DNA of 64,000 nucleotides from Macrostomum lignano (Eukaryota): NCBI GenBank assembly GCA_002269645.1, contig NIVC01000282.1, positions 186,001 to 250,000 of the forward strand, read 5' to 3'. Shown piece by piece: positions 38,660 to 50,592 of this stretch (position 1 is its first letter; each line of letters starts with the position of its first letter). The notes under the pieces were generated by a model. It saw only the letters and a program-made list of their open reading frames with translations, ran no database searches and was not told where the DNA came from. The position numbers and the translations under genes were made by a program.

Positions 38660-39330
38660 GGGGATTGCTGAGTTGTCAAGGCTCATGTGGGGAATTGCTG
38701 AGATGTCAATGGACTTATTGGGGAATGACTGAGTTGTCAAGGCTCATGTGGGGAATTGCTGAGATGTCAATGGACTTATTGGGGAATGGCTGAGATGTCA
38801 ATCGACTTATTGGGGAATGGCTGAGATGTCAATGGACTTATTGGGGAATGACTGAGATGTCAATGGACTTATTGGGGAATGACTGAGTTGTCAAGGCTCA
38901 TGTGGGGAATTGCTGAGATGTCAATGGACTTATTGGGGAATGGCTGAGATGTCAATCGACTTATTGGGGAATGGCTGAGATGTCAATGGACTTATTGGGG
39001 AATGGCTGAGATGTCAATGGACTTATTGGGGAATGACTGAGATGTCAATGGACTTATTGGGGAATGGCTGAGATGTCAATGGACTTATTGGGGAATGACT
39101 GAGATGTTAATCGACTTATTGGGGAATGGCTGAGATGTCAATGGACTTATTGGGGAATGACTGAGATGTCAATGGACTTATTGGGGAATGACTGAGATGT
39201 CAATGGACTTATTGGGGAATGGCTGAGATGTCAATCGACTTATTGGGGGAATGACTGAGATACAATGGACTCATTGGGGGAATGACTGAGATGCAATGAA
39301 CTTATAGTGGAAATCTCTGAGATGTCAAAG
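38660..39330. repeat. 31-bp tandem repeat
   Basis: ggggaatggctgagatgtcaatggacttatt units. Confidence 0.96.
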
Positions 39331-39654
39331 GTCAGGAGGAATTGCTATAATGCTGTGACTCATGAGAGAATTTCTGAGATGCCAATACTCATGAGGGGAT
39401 TTCTGAAATGCTGTGGCTCATAGAAGGGGGGTTGCTGAGATGCCACAGGGTCAATGGGAAGTTGTTGGTAGACCAAGCCAAAGGTAGATAAGATCGAGGG
39501 AGAGTTATGGTTAAGCCATGTTTAATTAAGGCTAAGCTTTCAGGCCTGCATGATGCTTTTTTTGCTTTAAAAATCATTTTCCTAAAGATACTAACAATAC
39601 AAGATGAAAATCTACTTTTGATTATTTTTTTTTCTTTGTTGCAGGAGCACGAGA

Positions 39655-40110
39655 AATGCCCGCAGACAAATTGCCCGCCGAGATTTGCCCGCCGAGATTT
39701 GCCCGCCGAGATTTGCCCGCCGAGATTTGCCCGCCGAGATTTGCCCGCAGGAGATTTGCCCGCAGGAGATTTTCCCGCAGGAGATTTGCCCGCAGGAGAT
39801 TTTCCCGCAGGAGATTTTCCCGCAGGAGATTTTCCCGCAGGAGATTTGCCCGCAGGAGATTTTCCCGCAGGAGATTTTCCCGCAGGAGATTTGCCCGCAG
39901 GAGATTTGCCCGCAGGAGATTTTCCCGCAGGAGATTTGCCCGCAGAAGATTTGCCCGCAGGAGATTTGCCCGCAGGGGATTTGCCAAATTAACTTTCAAA
40001 GAATTAATTTGGCGCCACAGGCACTCATTTTAGCGCCGCAGGCACTCATTCTAGCGCCGCAGGCACTCATTCTAGCGCCGCAGGCACTCATTCTAGCGCT
40101 GCAGGCACTA
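39655..40110. repeat. 15-bp array (39655..39985) followed by a 21-bp array (40012..40110)
   Basis: gcaggagattt(g/t)ccc units, then gcgccgcaggcactcattcta units. Confidence 0.93.
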
Positions 40111-42141
40111 TGTATTGGCGCCCTGCAGCAAAATTATTGATTTCCATAACAGGTCACAAGGTGGGGTGGGGGGACAAAGCATTGGCATGTCCACCCCCCA
40201 GATCTTTTACTGGGGGGGGGGCAGGCCCCCCCTGTCCCCCCGTTGGTGACGCCGCTGAGTCCTCACCAAAGCAATTCTTTATCACTGCTTAAATTCCAAA
40301 ACTGACTGTCCCTATAAACCCGGGTGACAGGGAAGCATCCCCAAACATTACGTAAACAACCCGAGAAATAGAAAACTCCGTCTCTCTGATTTGGCTCGAG
40401 ACAGGGGCCGTCACCTTTAATTACTCTTTGATACGATAGATATTTTAGAAGATGGCAAGAGTTTTTCATCGACTATTCCCCGAGCCTCTGTCGATCAGAT
40501 GCTTTGCACACAAGCCGGTCTCCCAGGCTAATAAATTAATACAGCTACAGCAATTTTTGACATCCATTTTCTCTCAAGGCTTTGTCCTTAAATAACCGCA
40601 GGTTTTTTTCATATTTTTTATCTGTATTTAGCTATTATATTGGCCTACCTCTGCTAATTATTTTCTGGATAAACACCGTTTTCTATCAGATTCAAGTCGA
40701 AAAGACATGCTGCAAGAGGAAGCCTAACTTTCTATACCAAATATACTCGTAGAACCGGGTGTACAATCGTACACTAATCTAGAAAATTTAGGCAAGGTAA
40801 AGAAAATCATGCACATTTCTTGTGCCCCAACCCCTGCGTCCCTCTCGCTGGGGTATATAAAGCGGTCAGAGCCAACGCAGCAGCCGCAATCACCTCGGCA
40901 GCAGCAGCCGACAACAGCAGCACCAGCAGCACAGCTGCTGGCCGCCCGGCCGCTGAAGCCGCTATTTCTGATTTGTGGGGACGAGCCGGTCCATCACAGC
41001 CGCAGCAGCAACAGCAGCAGCAGTCACAGCCTCCGGCCGCAAAGAGGAGACAACTAGGTGAGTCTTGCAAGTTTCTGCAAAAACAGCTTTCTTCATCTTC
41101 GGCTTTCGCAAACTATAAATTCGGGATTATTGAATAATAAAGCTGTTCTCTGTAAACCTCTTTTCATCTTTGGCATTGATTTGGCTTTCGCAAACTCTAA
41201 ATACAGCTTTTTGAAATAAGACTCTCTGAAAAAAAAAACTGCTTTTCATCTTTAGCCTCATTTAGCTTACAATTTCGGACTGTCTGTCGCAGATGTATCA
41301 TTGAAGTAAAAGGAAACTGCTTTCATGGTTCAGCATTCAATTGAATTTCAAAATTTGGGCTTAGCTCGTGACAGAGCTTTGGAGAATATCAGCAAGCAGT
41401 AGAGCTTGATTGTATAATTTGGCAATGCCAGCAGAGGACAGTCATAAAATTCCAGGGGTCTATATGACTAATCCTTGAGCTAGAGGCGAAAACCGATCCT
41501 GTGGCGGCAGCGGGGAGCAAACGTGACTCATCGAGCGGGCAGGTTTTCTGGCAGTGATAAAATCAGCAAGATGATGATGTAATCACCGAGGCAATTGATA
41601 GAAGGGGTTTGGCAACAATAAAACTTGGCTGCTGCTGCTACCGTGGGGTAATTAATCAGACATTTATGACAGCTTAAACAATCCAAAGCGGCCGATTGGG
41701 GCGGTTGCTGGGTGCCAAGGAGGGATACGAAGCAATGGAGCCTCGTTCCGATTGGGGGTTTCTTAAATTTGCGGCTCTCGGTGGAAAATAATGGCTGCTA
41801 CGGCAGGATCTGTTATCAGAGGGGTGATCAATCAAACATTTTTGACAGTCTAAACTTCGAAGCGGGGTCAATAAACCCCACATTCCTTTTGTTACCGTGC
41901 GCATTTTTACGATAAGGGGTATGCAGGAACGTCAAGAGTTGGGGTTTTTACAGCTCGCCGAATATTGTTGCTTGGGGGTGGGGCGGTACTGCAACCTACG
42001 TCCACGCTAAATTATTCAAGAATTCCCGTGTAGTGACCGGGACAGAATAGCACTACAGCTTGTCGTAAAAGGCGACTATAATTCAAGCGACTTCAAAAAC
42101 TTTAAGCAGCCGCAAGAGACAGCAATTAATTAACAGCGGCT

Positions 42142-43060
42142 ATGGGCAACACACTATCAAAGAAAGCGCCACTACCGCAGCAACTGAATGATTGCCCAGT
42201 TTGTTTAAATGAAGACCTGGCTATGAAGCCTCCAACTAATGGGAAACCTGTCCTATGTGTAGAAGTAGTTTGCGACAATGCGCCTATTGTTATTCATGGG
42301 CGCACATTTCAATACTGCAACCAGAAATTCATTTTATTTGCATGCAATGCTTAAAGCGAACAGCCAGTAGAGGCCTCATAGGATGCCTCATTACGTAATA
42401 GCATGCCCCGTGACCCCACCTTTAAAAAATGGTGTCGGAGAATCACTGTTTAAATGTTAATAATATTCGGAGTTTACCTGCGATACGTATTGAACAGTTT
42501 CACTAGACGCGCACGAAATAATTAGCTTCTTTATGCCCATAACAACCACGACATATGTTGCCTATTCACATCGGGCGCCATCTGCGACATTTTTTGCATG
42601 AACAGAACTTGTATCATTGGACCCTGCAAAGATTTTGCCGCGCCCTACAAAGATTAATTATTGCAAGAAGCCATGCATTTCATATGGCTCATACGGTGCA
42701 CGCCATAAGGTGATGGTATGTTAAATGCACATGAACCAAGTCCCCAATTACTCCCATTATAATGTTTACGCAACAACCCACAGATGACAGACAACGCCTG
42801 TCCGTGCTGCCTCGAGAAGCGCGACATCCTGCTCCCGACGTGTCAATCGAGACATCAAGTATGTCTCCCCAGTTAGGCGGAGAGGTGACGCTGCGAACAT
42901 CCCGCCAGGTCTGTCTGTCGCAGGCCGAGAGTCTAATGTGCCCTCTGCGGCGACCAAGCCAAACGTCAAGATCTGTAGCAATAGACATTGGCTGTGCTTC
43001 AGCTGCCTCCAGAGGTACGGTGAGCGGGACATCCAGTCCTGCACAGTATGTCTGGCGCCC
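42142..43060 (+). pseudogene. Cluster of degenerate, intronless RING-like ORFs
   Basis: CPVC ORF at 42142..42354; MTDNACPCCLEK...TCQSRHQVCLPS* at 42784..42876; CALCGDQAK / frameshift / KICSNRHWLCFSC...CTVC at ~42937..43060. Confidence 0.5.
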
Positions 43061-43793
43061 TGCAGCACCAACATGGCGGCACTCCTGCTGGCATCCGTGT
43101 CGACAGTGCCCGAATTCATGTTGAACGCGCCGGACAGTCTCACTCTCGAGGAGCTGGCCGTCGCCGTGCAGACATGGCCATGGCCGCGCCCCAGTGACAA
43201 GCTTCATGACGTCTCCTGCTCGACATGGCCAGAAATATGGCACAGGAGACGCCGGACCTCACCAATATCGAGGCCTATTTATTGCTGCTGGAGCGGACCG
43301 AGGACCCTCGGTTCACACATTTTCAACCGATGTTCTGGGCGGTGGGATGCCTCGCTACGCGAACTGCACAGCGGATCTCAGCCGTGACTCAGGACAAGTT
43401 TCGGTTGAAGCGAGCAGGCACGGCGACAGTCATCTGCGTTTAGCTGTAACTAACTTAGAGTAAAGATAACATTATTAACCACTTACTAATACAAACTGAA
43501 CAGTGTACTTACACAAAAGGCAAATATAACTTACAGACAACCTTGTATAGTAACCAATTACTACGAAACTGCTATTACTTCATCGTTAAAACTCGGGACG
43601 AGTTTCTTGTAAAAACGGGAGATTTTTTAGAGTATCATTATCCATAAAATGCTACTGTAAGTAGGACTAATGCAAACATGCGCAGCAAAACTCAAACTGT
43701 AAGTCAGGTTACTATTTTTAACGAAAACTATGAAACATGTTACTATTTATGGCGAACAATGAATCATCTTACTATTTATAACGCAAAGAAGAA

Positions 43794-45560
43794 TTAGCCA
43801 ACCGGGTCGAAAGGAACAAGGAGAAGACGCATGGGATGGCGGCGAAAAAGCGGGCGAAACGAGCCCAACGAGAGCGAGTGTATTTTACTCGAGATCAAAG
43901 TGTTACAAGCAAAGGGGTGGTAGAAGCAGGGATAAAAGCAGAGGAGAAATGCAGAGGTTTACCAAGAATGCAGAGCCAAGCACAAAGAAAAAATTTTTAG
44001 CCAAGCATGCCAACGCAGAGGGGCAGAACCCGCGAATAAAAGGGCCAGCGCGACCCCAACCCCCACCACACAACACCACGCACAACGCACCCTCACCCCC
44101 ACCCAGCAGGCAGGGGCACCGGCCCCGGTCAGCTAAAACCGTTTACAGAGCCTTTAAACCGGCCCTGAAATCGCAACATTAGCCAACCGGGCCGAAAGGA
44201 ACAAGGAGGAGCAGGAAGGTTCGAACATGCTGAGCGGTAGTGCACATATGGCTGAGATGCCCTAGCAGTTTCTGCAACTCAGACTTCGACAAGTCTTGCC
44301 GCGATAGGCAGGTGCGAAGCAGGAGCTGTAGCTTCTTGGCTTTGTCAGCTGGGAGGCTCGCTTGCACGGTGTCGATGTCTGTCCCCAGGAACCGCAGCTT
44401 GGTTGTTAGCGGCACAGATTTTCTCTCGTCTCTCGTAAGCACTCAGCTTCTGTCCTCGCCATGACAAGAAAATCATCGATGAAGACGATGGTGGCCAGGA
44501 AGCCTTTGCGGCACATCATACGCCGAGCCGCTGGAGTGAGACGATGGTAGATGCTGACAGAGGCACGACTGCCGAATGGTAGGCGCGTGTCCACTATGTA
44601 AGCTGAGCGCCCGTCGCCGAAGTCCTAGTGGATCCCGATGGCTTGGTAGCACTGCGGAGAAATAGGCACAGCACGGTAGGAGGACGCGATGTCAACCTTC
44701 GCCATGAACCAGCCCGGCTGCATCAACCTGACGGCCTCATCGACAGAAGTGAAGCGGAGCTTGCGCTGCTGGGCGTAATGGTCGTTCAGGCTTTGGCCGT
44801 AAGGAACGGAGCAGTCGTGGATCAGCTGGATGCTGGTGCTGTCCTTAGGAATCGCGCTGAGCGGGGAGACCATCGTGGGCTTGCCCGCCACCGGGATGTA
44901 CATGTATCTGCCCAGACGGATTTCTTCTTCTAGGGCTGCTTGGACTTGGTCGCACTTCTTGGTAGGCGGATTGGTAGTTGCGAAGAAAACAGGGCGTAAA
45001 ATCAAGGTCATCAGCGATAGGGAAGCCATGCTTGATGCCGTCAAGAATAAAATTAGCATCGTGGTCGCCGGCGAGCTCCAGGCGCGAGCTCAGTTTTTTA
45101 AGTCTTTGACGAGCATGACACGGCATCCCAATAAGTCGGTCGGGGACTGGCATTCGCGCCGACGGTGCCTGTTTGGTTCAGGATTTCAGCGAGAATGTTT
45201 TGATGTTCACCTGATTCCGTACCTGATGTCGCCATGGCTCGTTCTCGAAACTCCCGCTCCTGCGCGTTTGTAGCGCCAGGAGCTGCAGCCGCTTACTGGG
45301 CCCCGCCGGATCTCGCCGTCCAGGTCCGCCTCCTGCGTGTCCCGGCTCGCAGCTCCTTCCGCTTGCCGGTGATGCCGATCGATCTGAGTGTTGTGCTGCA
45401 TCCGCTTGGATCGCTGTCTGATCGATGTGCTGGCACAGTCTGGCTAGGTATAGGGCCGCTTTGTTACCTGCAGTTGATAGCCCTCGGCTACCAAGCTCAC
45501 TCTTGGTAACAGTGATTTTCGACCCGTCAACAAATCTTGGGTGTAGCCCAGAGACAATTA
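43794..45560 (-). mobile_element. DIRS/Ngaro-like retroelement fragment: gag-like region plus reverse transcriptase, frameshifted and 3'-truncated
   Basis: FILDGIKHGF; VSPLSAIPK...LIHDCS; FMAKVDIASSYRAVPI; LPFGSRAS; VFIDDFLV; LRFLGTDIDT; ELQKLLGHL. Confidence 0.85.
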
Positions 45561-46017
45561 CAGCTTCATTTCTGCATGCATTTAAGATGTTCTGCATTGA
45601 AAACATATTAAAACATAATTTATAACGTACATCGCTAGTTAAGAGCATATTTTAAATCTGAATATTTCTATGAGACGTTTTTAAAATTAAAAAATGATGT
45701 GCTTTGTACTTTTAATCTGTGCAAATGCGTGTTTAATTTTAAAGTTTTTTATTCGAATAAGCATAAACTGTAGTCGTTTTGTTAAAATTTAAGTAGAAAT
45801 TGTAAATGTAAAAACTCCGGAAAAATAAATTCTACTTGGTCGAATGAAAGAAATTGAAAATCGATCGTAACTTTAAAACCAAGTATTAATAACCCAACAC
45901 ACGCAGTCCTGTTTATTGTCAACATAGTAAAAACCGTATGGACTGTTGAGTTATATTTAATCACAGAATTTCAGCTGACTTATATACTGTTATCGTAATA
46001 AATATTTGTTAATAAAT

Positions 46018-46121
46018 AATGATCATGAACCAAAGCTAAGGGGGTTTTATTCTAGATATCATTTGAAGTTTCAAAACTATTTGTTAAAAAAGATTCTATA
46101 TTTTGGTTTATAGATCATTTA
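46018..46121. mobile_element. ~105-bp foldback (MITE-like) element; related copies at 46139..46398 and, split by the transposon, 46422..46452 + 49857..49939
   Basis: Terminal inverted motif TAAATGAT..TGAACCAAAG; the internal sequence aligns with the reconstituted split copy. Confidence 0.65.
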
Positions 46122-46452
46122 AAAGAGAGAAATACATATAAATGATCATGAACCAAAGCTAAAAGGGGTAGTGTGAGGACATATGCAGTAGGCCCTATGC
46201 TAATTCATTTGTCTTTTATCCATAGAGCTCTACAGATAGGCCTATACCATATGGAATTGAGTCTGAAGTGCTACACAGTGGTCAAACTGTTAATTTGTAC
46301 CATATGTGTGAATGGTTTTAAAGTCAACAAGACAGCATCAATCATGATAGGGCCTAGGCCCTACTAAAACCTCTTTACCTAAGGTTCACAATCATTTATA
46401 GGCCTATGTATTTCTGCCATTTAAATGATTGTAAACCAAAGTGGATATATAG

Positions 46453-49400
46453 TAGGGTGTCCAGTGAGCTATTTTTTCAATGTATGATTTTTGAAAAATA
46501 TGAAAATGACCTAATTTCAAATGTCTGTAAATCGGTAAGTATGTAAGCTACAGCAATGAGTTTATACTTTTTAGAAAGTTAGGACTTATATCTACAACAT
46601 AAAAAAAGAATCAAGCGATTTCATTTTATACAAAAAAGTTACAGCATGGCAAAGTTGTGCCATTTTTACAGAAATTTAAAATTGAGGCAAAATCCAAAAA
46701 AGAAAGTGGGTTTTGTAGAATTGGTCCTACATAAAAACTGAAATGTTTTTCATGATTTTTTTCAACACTGGAGCTTAGTAAACATGTATGAGTACCTTAG
46801 GAGCTATTTTTTGAAGAAAAAATTTTTTCATGTACAAGCATGTCATGTACATGAAAATTGGTGAATGTCAGTTTTTCAAGATCGGGTGTAAGCATGCCCC
46901 TGAAACTTTATGTAGTTGTTATGGCAACCAAATGAAGCAGTTTCAGCGAAAGTTCGACCTCCTAACTATAAACGCAAGTGCTGGGCAAAAATTTCACCAA
47001 ATGCATGTAAAATCTCATAGGAAAATGTAAAACTTCAAATATTGGATGGCCTGTTTGAAGCACGAATGTTTTCTTTGCTTAAAATGTAGCCTAACGCACC
47101 CCAAATCAGGTCTAGAAAGGATTTCTATGTAGGCCAAAACGCAAAGGCACCATTGGCCATAGACTGTAGAACGTTTACTGGTGGCGTCGGTCATCAGCGT
47201 CAGCGCCTTGTCATCCTGCGCGGCCACCAGGAGCTTCTCCATGGCGCTGGCCTTAGCGAGACTCCCGCCGACGCTGTAGGACATGGCACTTATGTGCGAC
47301 ACGGACGGCAGGTTCTCCACCTGCATCCCGCACAACTGCTCCACGACCTTTCGAATGGCGGAGCTGACGTAACGGATAGGGACGTGGCAATCGAGCACGA
47401 GACTGACGCACGCCCGAACGACATCGTTCGTGTACTGCACGCCACCTCCAGGTCGTGACTCCATTGTCTGCAGCAGACGGCCGGCTGCCACCTGGCCTGT
47501 CAGCTGTTCAACCTGTTTTGTAGAAGTGTGAAATGATGGTTCCAGACCAATTGAGTTCGTGTCTGATTATGCGTCTACCATAAGGTCAAATCCCATTATC
47601 CAAGCCCGTGCGCCAGACATCTCCGATGAGCGCAGCTTCTTAAGAACAAACACACCAGCAATTTAATACTTTCCTACCCTTTTTCACTTTACAGTTCGTC
47701 TCACCTTGCTGTTGGCTTCAGCCAGCAAATGATGCGCCTGCCGTACTTCAGACCGTAGGGCTTCGATCTGATGTTTGGCCTCCGCGTCCATGCGAATGGC
47801 CGACTGGCGCTTCTCCAGCAATAGATTCGCACGCACATCCAGCAGCATCCTGGCCTGGTACCGATATTGTCGGCGGGCGTCTCGGATCCGCCGCTGGAGG
47901 CGTCTGACGCGCTGCTGCCATACCTTCATCGATGGCCGTCTTGAGAGGCGAAATATAAGCCGCCTGACCCTTGCCTCGGATAGAGTCAGACGATATCGTG
48001 CCTGTGTGAAAGGGGGATAAAATAAAGTTCCAGATTTCAGTCCCTTGCGTTACCCGGAAAGTTGTGTCAGGACAAGACATAATTAAGGCTTTCTTTTTGC
48101 AACAGTAAAGTAAAAAAAAACTATCTTACTACCTGACAAGTCGAAGGGTACCTGTTCAAAGTTTAAACTCATTTCAATAGACAATGCGAGATACAGCCTC
48201 ACTCCTCACTCTAGAAGGCTTACCTCATGCAGTGCTGCATGAAGCCCATCCTCCTGACCGCGCTGCTCTTCTGGTGACAGGGCACTGGCAGCTGCCTGGA
48301 CGCGACCAGGCGTGGCAGGTGCGCCAGCAGGCGTGGCAGGTGCGCCAGCAGGCGTGGCAGGTGCATCCGCAGGCCTAGTGGTAGCTGCATCTGCAGCCTC
48401 ACGGCCACGCGTGGCAGGAGGTACAAATTTACTCTCCAAGAACTGCTGGTAGGCAGCTCTGCCTTCATCTCTACCAGCACCATGCGTGCTCTTCTTCAGG
48501 GCTTCTGCCTTTGCGTACATGCGACTGAAGGCTCCCTGCAAGGTCTTTAACTCAGCTAGGCTCATGTCTTGTTGCTCAAGACAGTCAGCCAAAGCAGTCC
48601 ATTTTTCAGTGAAACTAACACCCTGCTGCTGCTGCTCTACAGTAGCGATTGCCATGGCATTGGTGACCTGCAATCTGGGTCGACCCCTTGATCGAGCAAT
48701 AGGGGTGCCAGGCCCAGCGCTACTGGCTGCACCAGTCTTGGGTGTCGTTGAGTTGGACATAGAAATAAATTCTTATGAAATATTATGTAGTATTCAATTT
48801 AAATGCTAGCAGAAGCACTGGAGTGAGGGTTAGAAATGGAGCGATAAAATTGAGTATGAGTATATTGTTCTGACATAATTTACAATTACAATTTATATTA
48901 TGACATAATAGCATCTGAAAGTGAAATAGTATATTTTGACATGATAAATGACATAAACTCACAGTAAAGCCAGATACTCATAATATTAGTCATATTTATA
49001 TATTAAGGACAAGCCAGAAAATATGGAAACAGAAACTTATGAAGTTATGAAACATTTTTTATACCATATACATGTCATTACCCATTTATTTATAACAATA
49101 CAGAGAGAGAAGCAGTGCAATGAATTTTTTTTAAAAAATTCTTATAACTTTTTTATTATTCAACATATCTTTAAAAGTAATATGTCATTTTACTCATAAC
49201 ATCCAGTTGTATTTGTTAAAAAAGTAAAAACCCTGACATTCTAACTTAAAACTGTCTACTAGACACTATCACCCAGTTTGCCTTCCTGAACCCTTATTCA
49301 CAAATTTTCCTTAAAAAAATTCTCCTCACCTACAGCTATACTTAAACTGCACAATTTTTATGTTTCCTAAAAGAACTAAAAGAAATCTAAAGTTTGACAC

Positions 49401-49856
49401 CAAGAAAGTCTGTCTAAGTATAGTACAAGTATTTTAAGGGGACTTTAAAGTAAAAAAGTATGACTCCGGCAGCATAAAAAAAACATTTTTTATTAACAGA
49501 ACATCCTGCAGCAAAAAACTGCTAAGCAGGAGAACTTTTTTAGTTACAAATTATATTGCACAGTTAAATTACCTAAAAATTGACACCAAAGTCAAAGAAG
49601 TAGCTTAACTAACAAAAAAGTTATTTACACTTAATTAAAGAAAAAAGTAAAAATGACGTGGAATTGGCTTCACTTTCTAATGTATTAAGAATACGGAAAA
49701 AACGCATTCTTTTTAAAACAAAAATACTCATAACTTTTTTATTACTTGACCAAATTAAAAAAGTGAAGTGTCATTTTACTCATAACATCCAGGTCTATAA
49801 GTTACATAAGTCAAAACCAAAAAATTTCAGAAAAAAAATTCTCACTGGACACCCTA
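46453..49856 (-). mobile_element. TIR DNA transposon (3404 bp; hAT-like termini, possibly hATw) with a spliced, internally deleted transposase-like gene
   Basis: Perfect 16-bp TIR TAGGGTGTCCAGTGAG (46453..46468 / 49841..49856) with TATATAG on both flanks. Exons 48760..48224, 48001..47705 and 47512..~47145 join in phase 0 and end near TLMTDATSK. Subterminal direct repeats at ~49143 and ~49730. Confidence 0.8.
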
Positions 49857-50295
49857 TATATAGAATCTATTTTAACAAACAGTTCTAGAACTTGAAATAA
49901 TAGAGTATAACCCCTTTAGCTTTTGTTCACAATCATTTACATTTTATATTGCCCCCATTTAAATAATAGTAGGCCTAATTGTAATTTTAATGTGCAACCA
50001 ACTACTGCCTACTTATAGACAAAATAGCAAATATGTATTTAAACTTATAGGCAAAAACAGGCACTTATAGGCAAAAATGGCAAAATAGCAAATATGTATC
50101 TAAAAACACTTTTTAATGAATTAGGCTTATACAAGTGCATTGGCCATTGTGCAATGTCAAATAGGGAAACAAGACTCTAATTTTAATATTTTTCATTTTA
50201 ACATTTAACCTTCAAGTGGCTTCAACACATTTTAGCTACCTTGACTTTGTTTATTTGTCTATTTGTTCAATTATTTAAATTGATTAATTTCCAAT

Positions 50296-50592
50296 CATAC
50301 ATGCGCAACCTCCAAAATTCGGTCGGCCGTGCGACTTAGTTTTAACAAAAAATGCGACGTAGTTTTTGGCCAAAAATGCGACTTACCTGTAAAAGAAACC
50401 CTTAAGCAAAATTAACGCAATTTTGGGTAAACGGCAGGAGTAACTATGACTGTCTTATAAGGGCTAAATGCCTCGTCATCTAATTAGTACTACGTATGAT
50501 TCTTTCGGGTGGGCATTTTTGCGACTTACCTTGGTTGGCCGCCAAATCGGTCGGCCGGATCGGCCGACTCGGCCGACTGTTGCGCATGTATG
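50296..50592. mobile_element. MITE (~297 bp) containing a 28S rDNA fragment
   Basis: 14-bp perfect inverted repeat CATACATGCGCAAC (50296..50309 / 50579..50592), readable as a 10-bp TIR plus TA TSD. Four TGCGAC(T/G)TA motifs and repeated TCGGCCG inside. Confidence 0.75.
50425..50499 (+). pseudogene. 28S rRNA fragment (helix 69-71 region), not a functional rRNA gene
   Basis: GGGTAAACGGCAGGAGTAACTATGACTGTCTTATAAGGGCTAAATGCCTCGTCATCTAATTAGT versus the conserved GGGTAAACGGCGGGAGTAACTATGACTCTCTTAAGGTAGCCAAATGCCTCGTCATCTAATTAGT. Confidence 0.92.

Noticed and set aside
39622-39999. Pentapeptide-repeat-like ORF (ANLLR)n
   Set aside because: A by-product of a 15-bp array that is open in several frames; no plausible start or flanking domain.
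30780-45560. One giant DIRS element (gag-RT at 45 kb, RNase H-YR at 31 kb, colinear on the minus strand)
   Set aside because: The conserved terminal CEP162 exon and the P450 lie between the two halves, so two independent fragments is the simpler reading.
48133-48151. 19-nt micro-exon in the transposon gene
   Set aside because: Including it shifts the frame; the flanking exons already join in phase 0 without it.
50425-50499. Functional 28S rRNA gene
   Set aside because: Only ~70 nt, helix 69 pairing is disrupted, and there is no other rDNA nearby.
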